A stretch of DNA of 64,000 bases from an uncultured Mycoplasmatota bacterium (lineage in GTDB: Bacteria; Bacillota_I; Bacilli_A; RF39; UBA660). Shown piece by piece: positions 56,767 through 64,000 of the stretch. Numbering within the stretch: the stretch's first letter is position 1; every line of letters begins with the position of its first letter. The translations under genes and the position numbers were made by a program. Under the pieces are notes generated by a model that saw only the letters and a list, made by a program, of their open reading frames with translations, had not been told where the DNA came from and made no database searches. The stretch lies in contig CAOJEH010000001.1 in the NCBI GenBank assembly GCA_948434005.1, positions 219,880 to 283,879 of the forward strand, in the 5' to 3' direction.

Positions 56767-57906
56767 ATGAAAAAAAGTGAAATTAAATTGATATCATTAG
56801 AGATAATATCTATTTTCCTATTAATTATGAATATTTTTACAAAATACTTTATCAATCAGTATATAATAATTATTATACTTTTACTAATGTTTACTATTTC
56901 TTTATTTATTTCTAGCTTCGAAAAAGAAAAAATTTTAGATAAAAAAAGTATAATAAAAAATACGCTTATTTATACTATATCATATTTGATTTTAATATAT
57001 GGAATGGGTATATTTACAGGATATATTAAAACTTCCTATAGTTTAACCTTAGTTGGTATAATAAAGAATATTTTTCCAGTAATTATTTTAATATTAATAG
57101 AGGAATTACTTAGATATCATATTTGTAAAAAAGCAGAAAATAAAAAAATAATAATTATATTATCTATTTTATCGTTTGTACTAATTGATATATCACTTTC
57201 TATTGATTTATACAATTTTAATGATAAATCTAAAATTATAGAATTAATTACAATTACTATATTACCTAGTATATTTAAAAATATTATGTTATCATTTTTT
57301 TCCTATAAATATGGATATAAGGTATGTATAGTTTACCAGTTGATAACAAATATATATTTATATATTATGCCAATATTTCCTAATTTATCTATATATTTAG
57401 AATCTATATTAAAAATATTATTACCTATATTTGTTGGTACACTTATTTATCTTAGATTCAAGAAAATAACTATAAAAAGTTTTAGAAATAACTCTAGACT
57501 CTTAAAGATAATAACAGGTATAATTATAGTAATGACTATAATTACTATAGTTTTATATAGTAATCTATTTCCCTATACAATAGCGGTTATAGGAAGTGGT
57601 TCAATGAATCCTAATTTAAAAAGAGGAGATATGATTTTAATAGATAAAACATATCATGAAAAAACAAATAAGTTGAAAGTTGGTCAAGTATTAGTCTTTA
57701 AAATAAAAGATACTATATATACACATAGAATTGTAAAAATAGATAAAATAAATGGAAAATATTCTATTTTAACAAAAGGAGATAGAAAAGGACAAGCTAT
57801 AGATACTTGGACAGTTACAGAAGATGATATTATAGGAATAACAAAACTAAAAATTCCTATGATAGGATATCCAAGCGTTTGGTTAAAAGATATATTGGAG
57901 GGATAA
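56767..57906 (+). CDS. sipW: Archaeal/ER-type signal peptidase I (SipW family) fused to an N-terminal ~190-aa polytopic membrane domain
   Basis: The C-terminal 180 aa carry the SipW core GSGSMNPNLKRGDMILIDK...HRIV...KGD, with Ser/His catalytic residues of SPase I, S26B type. The N-terminal half has about 6 TM segments that ordinary SipW (~190 aa) does not have. Confidence 0.7.
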   Translation: MKKSEIKLISLEIISIFLLIMNIFTKYFINQYIIIIILLLMFTISLFISSFEKEKILDKKSIIKNTLIYTISYLILIYGMGIFTGYIKTSYSLTLVGIIKNIFPVIILILIEELLRYHICKKAENKKIIIILSILSFVLIDISLSIDLYNFNDKSKIIELITITILPSIFKNIMLSFFSYKYGYKVCIVYQLITNIYLYIMPIFPNLSIYLESILKILLPIFVGTLIYLRFKKITIKSFRNNSRLLKIITGIIIVMTIITIVLYSNLFPYTIAVIGSGSMNPNLKRGDMILIDKTYHEKTNKLKVGQVLVFKIKDTIYTHRIVKIDKINGKYSILTKGDRKGQAIDTWTVTEDDIIGITKLKIPMIGYPSVWLKDILEG

Positions 57907-57908
57907 AA

Positions 57909-59063
57909 ATGAGTAAAGGGAAAATACAATATCAAAGTAAAGATAAATCATATAAAGTAAAAACAGTAAATAAAAAGAAAATATTAAGAAAAGGAACAGT
58001 ATTAAAATTATTGATTATACCTTGTTTGCTAATTCTACTGTTATCATTATTACTACTTAATAGTTCTATCGAAATTAAGGGTAAATCAGCAAATGTTGGT
58101 TATAATGAAATAGGAGATGTTGATTACAAAGTATATCTAAAGGATAATAATTATTATGATTCTAAATATTTAGATAGCGGTATGCAGTATGTAGCAAGTC
58201 TAATTAGTAGTGTTAATACAAAATTTAATTATGAAGTACATTCTGAAAAAAATCTGGATTATAAATATACATATAACATTGTAGGTGATTTAGTTATATA
58301 TGATATTAATGATTCATCTAAAATATTATATACTAAACAGTATAATTTACTAGATTCTAAAACAGAAAATTTAAGTTCAAATAATATTGTTATAAATGAA
58401 GATCTAGATATTGATTATGATGAGTATAATAATTATGTTAACTCTTATAAAAGAGATTATGGTATTAGTGCTGGTAGTAAATTAATTGTAACTATGAATA
58501 TCAATGTAAACGGAAGTAATAATAAAATACAAAAAAAATTAAATCATAAGAATAAATTACAAATTGAAATACCATTATCAGAACAAACACTTAATATTAA
58601 TATTGCATCAGATAAGATAAATAATAAAGAAAGATTATTTACTTTAACTGGTCCAGTAATAACAAATAAATTCATTTTTGTTATAGGATTACTTTTACTA
58701 ATAATATCACTTATCAGTTTAATTATTTCTATATGGAAATTTACTGCTTATAAAAAGGAAAATATATATATTATAACATTAAATAAATTTTTAAGAGATT
58801 ATGATCGTTTGATAGTAAATGCAACAGATAGTATTAGTGAGAAAAAATTTGAAAGAGTAATACCGGTAAGTAGTTTTACAGAATTAGTTGATGCAGCTGA
58901 AAATAATAGAACATCCATAATATTCTTTGAAGCAATAGCAGGTGAAAAGAGTTTCTTTTTAGTAATTAATGATAAAACATTATATAAGTATAGATTAACT
59001 AAAGCTTATCTAGAAGGAAATCCTGATGCAGAAGAATTAAAAGATACAAAAGGAAAAAAATAA
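57909..59063 (+). CDS. Hypothetical bitopic membrane protein of the SipW locus (385 aa)
   Basis: Start set at MSKGKIQ (GGAGGG RBS). TM1 at ~aa 30-50, a large N/D/Y-rich extracytoplasmic domain, TM2 (FIFVIGLLLLIISLISLIISIW), then a ~120-aa cytoplasmic C-domain. Confidence 0.45.
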   Translation: MSKGKIQYQSKDKSYKVKTVNKKKILRKGTVLKLLIIPCLLILLLSLLLLNSSIEIKGKSANVGYNEIGDVDYKVYLKDNNYYDSKYLDSGMQYVASLISSVNTKFNYEVHSEKNLDYKYTYNIVGDLVIYDINDSSKILYTKQYNLLDSKTENLSSNNIVINEDLDIDYDEYNNYVNSYKRDYGISAGSKLIVTMNINVNGSNNKIQKKLNHKNKLQIEIPLSEQTLNINIASDKINNKERLFTLTGPVITNKFIFVIGLLLLIISLISLIISIWKFTAYKKENIYIITLNKFLRDYDRLIVNATDSISEKKFERVIPVSSFTELVDAAENNRTSIIFFEAIAGEKSFFLVINDKTLYKYRLTKAYLEGNPDAEELKDTKGKK

Positions 59064-59656
59064 TGAAAGTAATTGATTATATTAAAAATAGGAAATTATT
59101 ATTTTCAATACTTGGATTATTTCTTGTTATATCCTTTGTATCTATTTCCTATGCATCTATGAATACATCTATGATGATAACAGGTGATGCATATGTTAGA
59201 GTGGATGAAGAAATAAGGGTAGTTGGAATTAAATTTTTAAATGTAGAAAATGATGCTTATGAGACATATAATGCTAAGTATTCAAAGAATTCTACTAATA
59301 TGTATATAACACTGCCCAATATAAATTCTAAAATTACTTATCAAGTAGAAATAGAGAATAAATCAGATCATGTATATTTAGTTAGTGATATTATAGGAGA
59401 ACTAATTAATCCCAATATTACATATACAGTAGAAAATGGTATAGTAAAGGTAGTACCAAAGAAATCCAAGATAACATTAAATATTACTTTTCATTATAAG
59501 GATGATAATTTACCGGCTGATATTACACAAATTTCTACAATAAATTATAAATTTGAAAGGCCTACTGCATCTCATTTAGAATTTGATAATTCTAATGTAA
59601 ATACAAACTGTATAGATGTTCAATGTGCACTAGATGAATTATATGAAATATTTTAG
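59063..59656 (+). CDS. Secreted protein with a SipW-cognate-like signal peptide, 197 aa
   Basis: Leader MKVIDYIKNRKLLFSILGLFLVISFVSISYASMNTSM, hydrophobic then S-Y-A-S-M. Similar in size to the 56045 protein. Start overlaps the previous stop (TAATG). Confidence 0.45.
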   Translation: MKVIDYIKNRKLLFSILGLFLVISFVSISYASMNTSMMITGDAYVRVDEEIRVVGIKFLNVENDAYETYNAKYSKNSTNMYITLPNINSKITYQVEIENKSDHVYLVSDIIGELINPNITYTVENGIVKVVPKKSKITLNITFHYKDDNLPADITQISTINYKFERPTASHLEFDNSNVNTNCIDVQCALDELYEIF

Positions 59657-59670
59657 AAAGAGTGATAACT

Positions 59671-60627
59671 ATGCATAGAAAAAATTTTTCCTTTTTAATT
59701 ATAGGATTGACAATAGGAATGTTAATATCAGGTATAGGAGTATATGCAACAACTATTCTTTCTAGTAGTGAAGTATCCTATGATAACAGTAAATCAAATT
59801 CGTTATCTAATAATGTTCAAGGTTCAATAGAAGAATTATATAAAAAGTCAAGTAATTGTACAACAGGATCTTGTTCGCTAACACAGTCAAACTTTTATGT
59901 AGAATATACATATAATCAAACAAGTGGGGCAAGTAACTATTGTGTAACCGGAGATGAAGCAACTTGTACTAGAACAGACTGTTATACTTCATCAGCAAAA
60001 ACTTGTCCTCCAGGAACTATTATTGATTATATTGTAAGTGGAACAAATACTAGAGTAAGATTTCATGTTATAAAAGATAAAGGAAAAACTATGACAATGC
60101 AATCACAAAAAAATACAATTTATAATTTGGCATGGGATTCATCAGGCGTCAATACAAAAGGACCAACAACAATATTACCACAATTAGAAAAAGCAACTAG
60201 TAGTTGGACTAATGTAGAAGACCAAACTTATACAATGGGGGAAACAGTATTTAAAGATAATGCTTTTACGGGATGTAGTAGTTATAATTCATGTACAGAA
60301 AATAAATATACATTAGGTAGTAAAACAGTAAAAGCAAGAATGATAACAGTGCAAGAAGCAAACACTTTTGGGTGTACCACTTCTAATAGCTCTTGCCCTA
60401 TATGGATGTATAATTATACATATGGTGCTATGAGCTATGGTGGGACAGTAGATGATAATATAGAAAGAACTATGCATAATTATGGTTATTGGACAATGTC
60501 CTCATATCAATTAGATACTATACATGCATGGTATATTGCCAAAAATGGACATATATATGCTAATTATAGTACAGGAACCAATCTTCTTTTATATGGTGCA
60601 AGAGCAGTAATAGAGGTGTCTAAATAA
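59671..60627 (+). CDS. Cys-rich secreted protein, tandem paralog A (constant N-domain + variable C-domain)
   Basis: Start at MHRKNF (AGAGTGA RBS). Leader ...GIGVYATTILSSSEV. Mature region is rich in Cys, Thr, Ser and Tyr (CTTGSC, CVTGDEATCTRTDC, CPPGT...). C-terminus is GARAVIEVSK. Confidence 0.5.
   Translation: MHRKNFSFLIIGLTIGMLISGIGVYATTILSSSEVSYDNSKSNSLSNNVQGSIEELYKKSSNCTTGSCSLTQSNFYVEYTYNQTSGASNYCVTGDEATCTRTDCYTSSAKTCPPGTIIDYIVSGTNTRVRFHVIKDKGKTMTMQSQKNTIYNLAWDSSGVNTKGPTTILPQLEKATSSWTNVEDQTYTMGETVFKDNAFTGCSSYNSCTENKYTLGSKTVKARMITVQEANTFGCTTSNSSCPIWMYNYTYGAMSYGGTVDDNIERTMHNYGYWTMSSYQLDTIHAWYIAKNGHIYANYSTGTNLLLYGARAVIEVSK
59757..60072 (+). repeat. 316-bp segment 100% identical to 60822..61137 (copy 1)
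   Basis: Checked base-by-base: identical from tctttctagtagtgaag... to ...agatttcatgttata. Identity falls to ~75-80% immediately on both sides. Confidence 0.95.
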
Positions 60628-60664
60628 TTGCTAGAGTACAATGGACCTCGATCCTTTTTTTGAA

Positions 60665-60694
60665 TTGACAAAAGCCTCTGGGGGGGGGTATGAT
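60665..60694 (+). promoter_or_regulatory. Sigma-A-type promoter TTGACA-N18-TATGAT with a G9 homopolymer in the spacer (candidate phase-variation switch)
   Basis: TTGACA sits at 60665-60670 and TATGAT at 60689-60694. The spacer aaagcctctgggggggggg holds 9 consecutive G at 60680-60688. The ATG of paralog B is 33 nt downstream, after a GGAGTGG RBS. Confidence 0.5.
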
Positions 60695-60726
60695 AAAAGT
60701 ATAAAATAAAAGTGCGGAGTGGTATA

Positions 60727-61674
60727 ATGAAGAAATTTATAAAGAAAAACTACAAAATAGTAATAGCATTTATATTAGGAGGAATAGTATTTGGAGGTAT
60801 AGGAGTATATGCATCAACTAATCTTTCTAGTAGTGAAGTATCCTATGATAACAGTAAATCAAATTCGTTATCTAATAATGTTCAAGGTTCAATAGAAGAA
60901 TTATATAAAAAGTCAAGTAATTGTACAACAGGATCTTGTTCGCTAACACAGTCAAACTTTTATGTAGAATATACATATAATCAAACAAGTGGGGCAAGTA
61001 ACTATTGTGTAACCGGAGATGAAGCAACTTGTACTAGAACAGACTGTTATACTTCATCAGCAAAAACTTGTCCTCCAGGAACTATTATTGATTATATTGT
61101 AAGTGGAACAAATACTAGAGTAAGATTTCATGTTATACAGGATAAGGGAAAGACTATTACAATGCAGACACAAAAAAATATAATCAATAATATAGCTTGG
61201 TATGCGGGAGATATTAATAGTTATGGCCCTACCAAGGTACTACCAATGTTAGAAAATGCAACATCAAGTTGGAGTAATGTAAATACTCAAACCTATACTA
61301 TAGGAAATAGTTTTTTGTCAGGATGTAGTGAATATAATTCATGTACTACTAATAAATATACATTAGCCCAAAGAACAGCAAAGGCTAGACTGGCTACAGT
61401 GCAAGAATTAGCTAACGTGGGGTGTACTAGGGCTACTGGTTCTTGTCCTAAATGGGTTTACAATTATTTATATAGCTCTACCGATTTTGGAGGTTCAGTT
61501 TCTGATACTACCACAGATGGAGGAGACGGAAGATATGGTTATTGGACAATGAATGCTTATACTGGTAGTTCTGATTTTGTTTGGCATATTGGTCGGCAAG
61601 GGCGTCTTTGGTATACAATTTCTCCTACATATCCCGGTATTGGTGCTAGAGCAGTAGTAGAGGTTTCTAAATAA
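60727..61674 (+). CDS. Cys-rich secreted protein, tandem paralog B
   Basis: Start at MKKFIKK (GGAGTGG RBS). Leader ...GGIGVYASTNLSSSEV. Residues 33-137 are identical to paralog A (encoded by the identical 316 bp). The C-domain is ~55% identical and ends GARAVVEVSK. Confidence 0.5.
   Translation: MKKFIKKNYKIVIAFILGGIVFGGIGVYASTNLSSSEVSYDNSKSNSLSNNVQGSIEELYKKSSNCTTGSCSLTQSNFYVEYTYNQTSGASNYCVTGDEATCTRTDCYTSSAKTCPPGTIIDYIVSGTNTRVRFHVIQDKGKTITMQTQKNIINNIAWYAGDINSYGPTKVLPMLENATSSWSNVNTQTYTIGNSFLSGCSEYNSCTTNKYTLAQRTAKARLATVQELANVGCTRATGSCPKWVYNYLYSSTDFGGSVSDTTTDGGDGRYGYWTMNAYTGSSDFVWHIGRQGRLWYTISPTYPGIGARAVVEVSK
60822..61137 (+). repeat. 316-bp segment 100% identical to 59757..60072 (copy 2)
   Basis: Same as copy 1, at an offset of 1065 bp. 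Confidence 0.95.
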
Positions 61675-61682
61675 ATAAGAAA

Positions 61683-61710
61683 ATAGAATGATTGCAATTC
61701 TATTTTTTTT
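61683..61710 (+). terminator. Terminator after paralog B
   Basis: atagaat-gattgca-attctat followed by ttttttt. Confidence 0.6.
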
Positions 61711-61832
61711 AATTTATAATAAAATTAGTGATTAAAAAGATGATAAAAGTGAAAATGATGAATAAAATATAGAAGAATATGATATAGAGCTAAATATGAT
61801 ATGATAAAAAGTAAAAGGTAGAGGTGGTAATC

Positions 61833-63218
61833 ATGTATGATGTTGCAATAATAGGCGCAGGACCCGCAGGACTTTTTTCTGCATATGAGTTAATTACTAA
61901 AAACAAAGATTTAAAGATAGTATTATTAGATAGAGGACACTTTGCAGAAAATAGAGTATGTCCAATGAATATAGGTAAAGAAAAATGCCTAAATTGTAAT
62001 CCTTGTTCTATATTATCTGGATATGGAGGAGCAGGAACATTTTCTGATGGAAAATTAAATTTTATACCAAAACTAGGTAAAAGTGATTTATTTAAATATA
62101 TGAGTATAAGTGAAGCGAATAAATTAATAGATGATACAGAAGCTATATTTAATAAGTTTAATATGGATGCTAAAGTGTATCCTACTAATATGGATGAAGC
62201 AAGAAAAATAGGCGAAGAAATTACAAAAACAGGCGCAAATCTTTTATTAATAAAACAAAAACATTTAGGCAGTGATATGCTTCCAAAATATATTGAAGAT
62301 TTTTCTAATTATTTAAAATCAAATGGGATAGATATGAAGGAAAAAACTGATGTTTCTGATATTTCGGAAAATAAAGATAAAACTTACGATATAATATATA
62401 ATAAAAGCAAAAAAGTTACTGCAAAGAAAGTTATAGTCGCACCAGGAAGAACAGGTGCCAAATGGGTACAAGAACTTGCTGATAAATATAATATCCCATA
62501 TACATCACAAAGTATAGAAATAGGTGTAAGAGTAGAAGTAAGAAAAGAAATATTAAAATCAATAACTAGTGTTATATATGATCCAACTATTTTTATTAAA
62601 ACAAAAACATATAATGATGAGATAAGAACATTTTGTACTAATCCAGGAGGCTTTGTGGCAAAAGAAAATTACTATGGATATATTTGTGTAAATGGTCATT
62701 CTTTAAAAAATATTAAATCTGATAATTCAAACTTTGCATTTATTTCTAAAGTAAGATTAACAGAACCTGTAACTAATACTCGTGAATATGGTGAGTCAAT
62801 TGCTAAAATTGCAAATACTCTAGGTGATGGGAAACCAATAATACAAACTTTAAGAGACTTAAGGATGGGAAGAAGATCAACATGGAAAAGTATAGATAAA
62901 GGGTTTATAGAACCAACTTTAAAAGATTGTGTTGCTGGAGATTTAGCACTAGTTATGCCACATAGAATTATTAAAAATATTTTAGAAGGTTTAGAAACAC
63001 TAGATAAAATAATTCCAGGAGTTAATAATGGAGAAACTTTATTATATGGACCAGAGATAAAGTTCTTTAGTAATGAAATAGATACAGATAATAATATGAA
63101 ATTAAAAAATCATAATATTTATTTTATAGGTGATGGTGCTGGTAAAGCAGGTAATATTGTAGTAGCAGCTGCAACAGGATTAATCGCAGCAAGAGATATT
63201 TTAAAAAATAATAAATAA
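61833..63218 (+). CDS. FAD-dependent oxidoreductase (COG2509-like uncharacterised FAD-dependent dehydrogenase)
   Basis: N-terminal Rossmann dinucleotide motif VAIIGAGPAGLFSA...LLDRG. Length ~460 aa. Start chosen at MYDVAIIG (AGAGGTGG RBS) rather than the upstream GTG. Confidence 0.65.
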   Translation: MYDVAIIGAGPAGLFSAYELITKNKDLKIVLLDRGHFAENRVCPMNIGKEKCLNCNPCSILSGYGGAGTFSDGKLNFIPKLGKSDLFKYMSISEANKLIDDTEAIFNKFNMDAKVYPTNMDEARKIGEEITKTGANLLLIKQKHLGSDMLPKYIEDFSNYLKSNGIDMKEKTDVSDISENKDKTYDIIYNKSKKVTAKKVIVAPGRTGAKWVQELADKYNIPYTSQSIEIGVRVEVRKEILKSITSVIYDPTIFIKTKTYNDEIRTFCTNPGGFVAKENYYGYICVNGHSLKNIKSDNSNFAFISKVRLTEPVTNTREYGESIAKIANTLGDGKPIIQTLRDLRMGRRSTWKSIDKGFIEPTLKDCVAGDLALVMPHRIIKNILEGLETLDKIIPGVNNGETLLYGPEIKFFSNEIDTDNNMKLKNHNIYFIGDGAGKAGNIVVAAATGLIAARDILKNNK

Positions 63219-63291
63219 GATGATATAAATAATACTGTGGTTATAATAAATGATATGTTATAATTATAATGTAGTTATTTCGAGGTGAAAT

Positions 63292-64000
63292 ATGAAAAAG
63301 TGTGTAATAATCTATAATCCTGCTAGTGGAAAAAAAAATAAACAAAAAGAGAATCTGCAAGTATTTTATGATGTTTTAAGAAAACATGGATATGAAGCAG
63401 AAATAAAATTTACTAGTAAACAAAAAGGTGCGACTAAAATTATTAAGGAATTGGAACCTGTTGATTTGGTAATAAGTGCTGGTGGAGATGGAACTTTAAA
63501 TGAAGTGGTTACAGGAAATTTACAAAGAAAAGAAAGATTAACTTTAGCAAACTTACCAATGGGAACAACCAATGATGTCGCAAATATGTATGGTTATACC
63601 AAGAATAATTATATTAAAAATTTAGAATTGTTATTAGAAGGTGTTAAAAAAAATATAGATGTTTGTTTTATTGATATGACACCATTTGTATATGTAGCTT
63701 GTTTGGGAGATTATATTGATATGGCTTATAATACACCTAGAAAATTAAAAAAGAAATATGGAAAAATAGGATATGTAATGTATGGATTAAAACAACTAAG
63801 AAATAAAATAAATTCATACCGTATAAGATATAAGATAGATGGGAAAACTTATGAAGGAGAATACTCATTTTTCTTTATAACTAATGCTTCTAGAGTCGCT
63901 GGCTTTGATGATGTATATTATGATGTTAAATTAGATGATAATAAGTTTGAAGTAGCATTTTGTCATGTTAAAAATAAAGTTGAGTTAATGAAATATTTTA
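63292..64000 (+). CDS. Diacylglycerol/lipid kinase catalytic-domain protein (DagK/YegS family), 5' part; continues past the window end
   Basis: MKKCVIIYNPASGKK...DLVISAGGDGTLNEVVTG...LANLPMGTTNDVA is the DAGK_cat signature (GGDGT). AGGTGA RBS. The ORF track missed it because it runs off the window end. Confidence 0.65.
   Translation, partial: MKKCVIIYNPASGKKNKQKENLQVFYDVLRKHGYEAEIKFTSKQKGATKIIKELEPVDLVISAGGDGTLNEVVTGNLQRKERLTLANLPMGTTNDVANMYGYTKNNYIKNLELLLEGVKKNIDVCFIDMTPFVYVACLGDYIDMAYNTPRKLKKKYGKIGYVMYGLKQLRNKINSYRIRYKIDGKTYEGEYSFFFITNASRVAGFDDVYYDVKLDDNKFEVAFCHVKNKVELMKYF

Noticed and set aside
60100-60115. A7 tracts inside both paralog coding regions (acaaaaaaata) as possible translational phase-variation sites
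   Set aside because: A/T homopolymers of this length are ubiquitous in this ~27% GC genome and occur in housekeeping genes too. Unlike the unique G9 tract, they are not distinctive.
63366-63572. Minus-strand ORF inside the dagK-like gene
   Set aside because: It is antisense to a conserved gene.
1-64000. tRNA, rRNA and CRISPR loci
   Set aside because: I scanned intergenic regions for cloverleaf-like GC-rich ~75-nt islands and rRNA-like segments, and found none. The only structured RNA recognised is rnpB.

Overview
This is a very AT-rich, low-GC Firmicutes chromosome segment, roughly 25-30% GC by eye, with Bacillus-type gene order and clear endospore-formation genes. These include a partial spoIVA at the window start, SpoVIF-like, CotD-like and YjcZ-like peptides, PrsW and SipW. 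Most of the window is conserved housekeeping. It covers der, hup, cca, dnaD-nth, ponA-recU, gpsB with an RNase P RNA gene (rnpB) directly downstream, rodZ-like, pgsA-recA, murE, rny, RNase J, ftsY-ylxM, ffh, rpoZ, recX, prsA, hit, a sufCDSUB operon, ssb, pdp, uvdE, vanY-like and dacA. I saw no rRNA, tRNA, CRISPR array or transposase. Three regions look accessory or unusual. First, a 3.1-kb insertion splits the normally contiguous ftsY-ylxM-ffh operon. It carries a HerA/DUF87-family ATPase and a divergently transcribed unknown gene, and could be a defense-type module. Second, at 50.3-52.2 kb there is a sortase with a surface protein carrying a thioester-domain TQxA motif and an LPDTA-like sorting signal. 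Third, and most striking, is a locus at 56.0-61.7 kb built around an archaeal/ER-type signal peptidase, SipW, fused to a polytopic membrane domain. Four proteins in this locus have SipW-cognate-like signal peptides. Two of them are tandem Cys-rich paralogs whose 5' 316 bp are 100% identical, after which the sequences diverge. That pattern suggests gene conversion maintaining a constant N-terminal domain on variable C-terminal domains. The second paralog has a textbook TTGACA-N18-TATGAT promoter whose spacer contains a G9 homopolymer. In this AT-rich genome that is a strong candidate slipped-strand phase-variation switch. A perfect 57-bp x4 in-frame tandem repeat lies in an acidic coiled-coil protein. 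A minimal SufD with an extra ORF sits in the suf operon, and several small sporulation-type peptide genes were missed by the ORF track.
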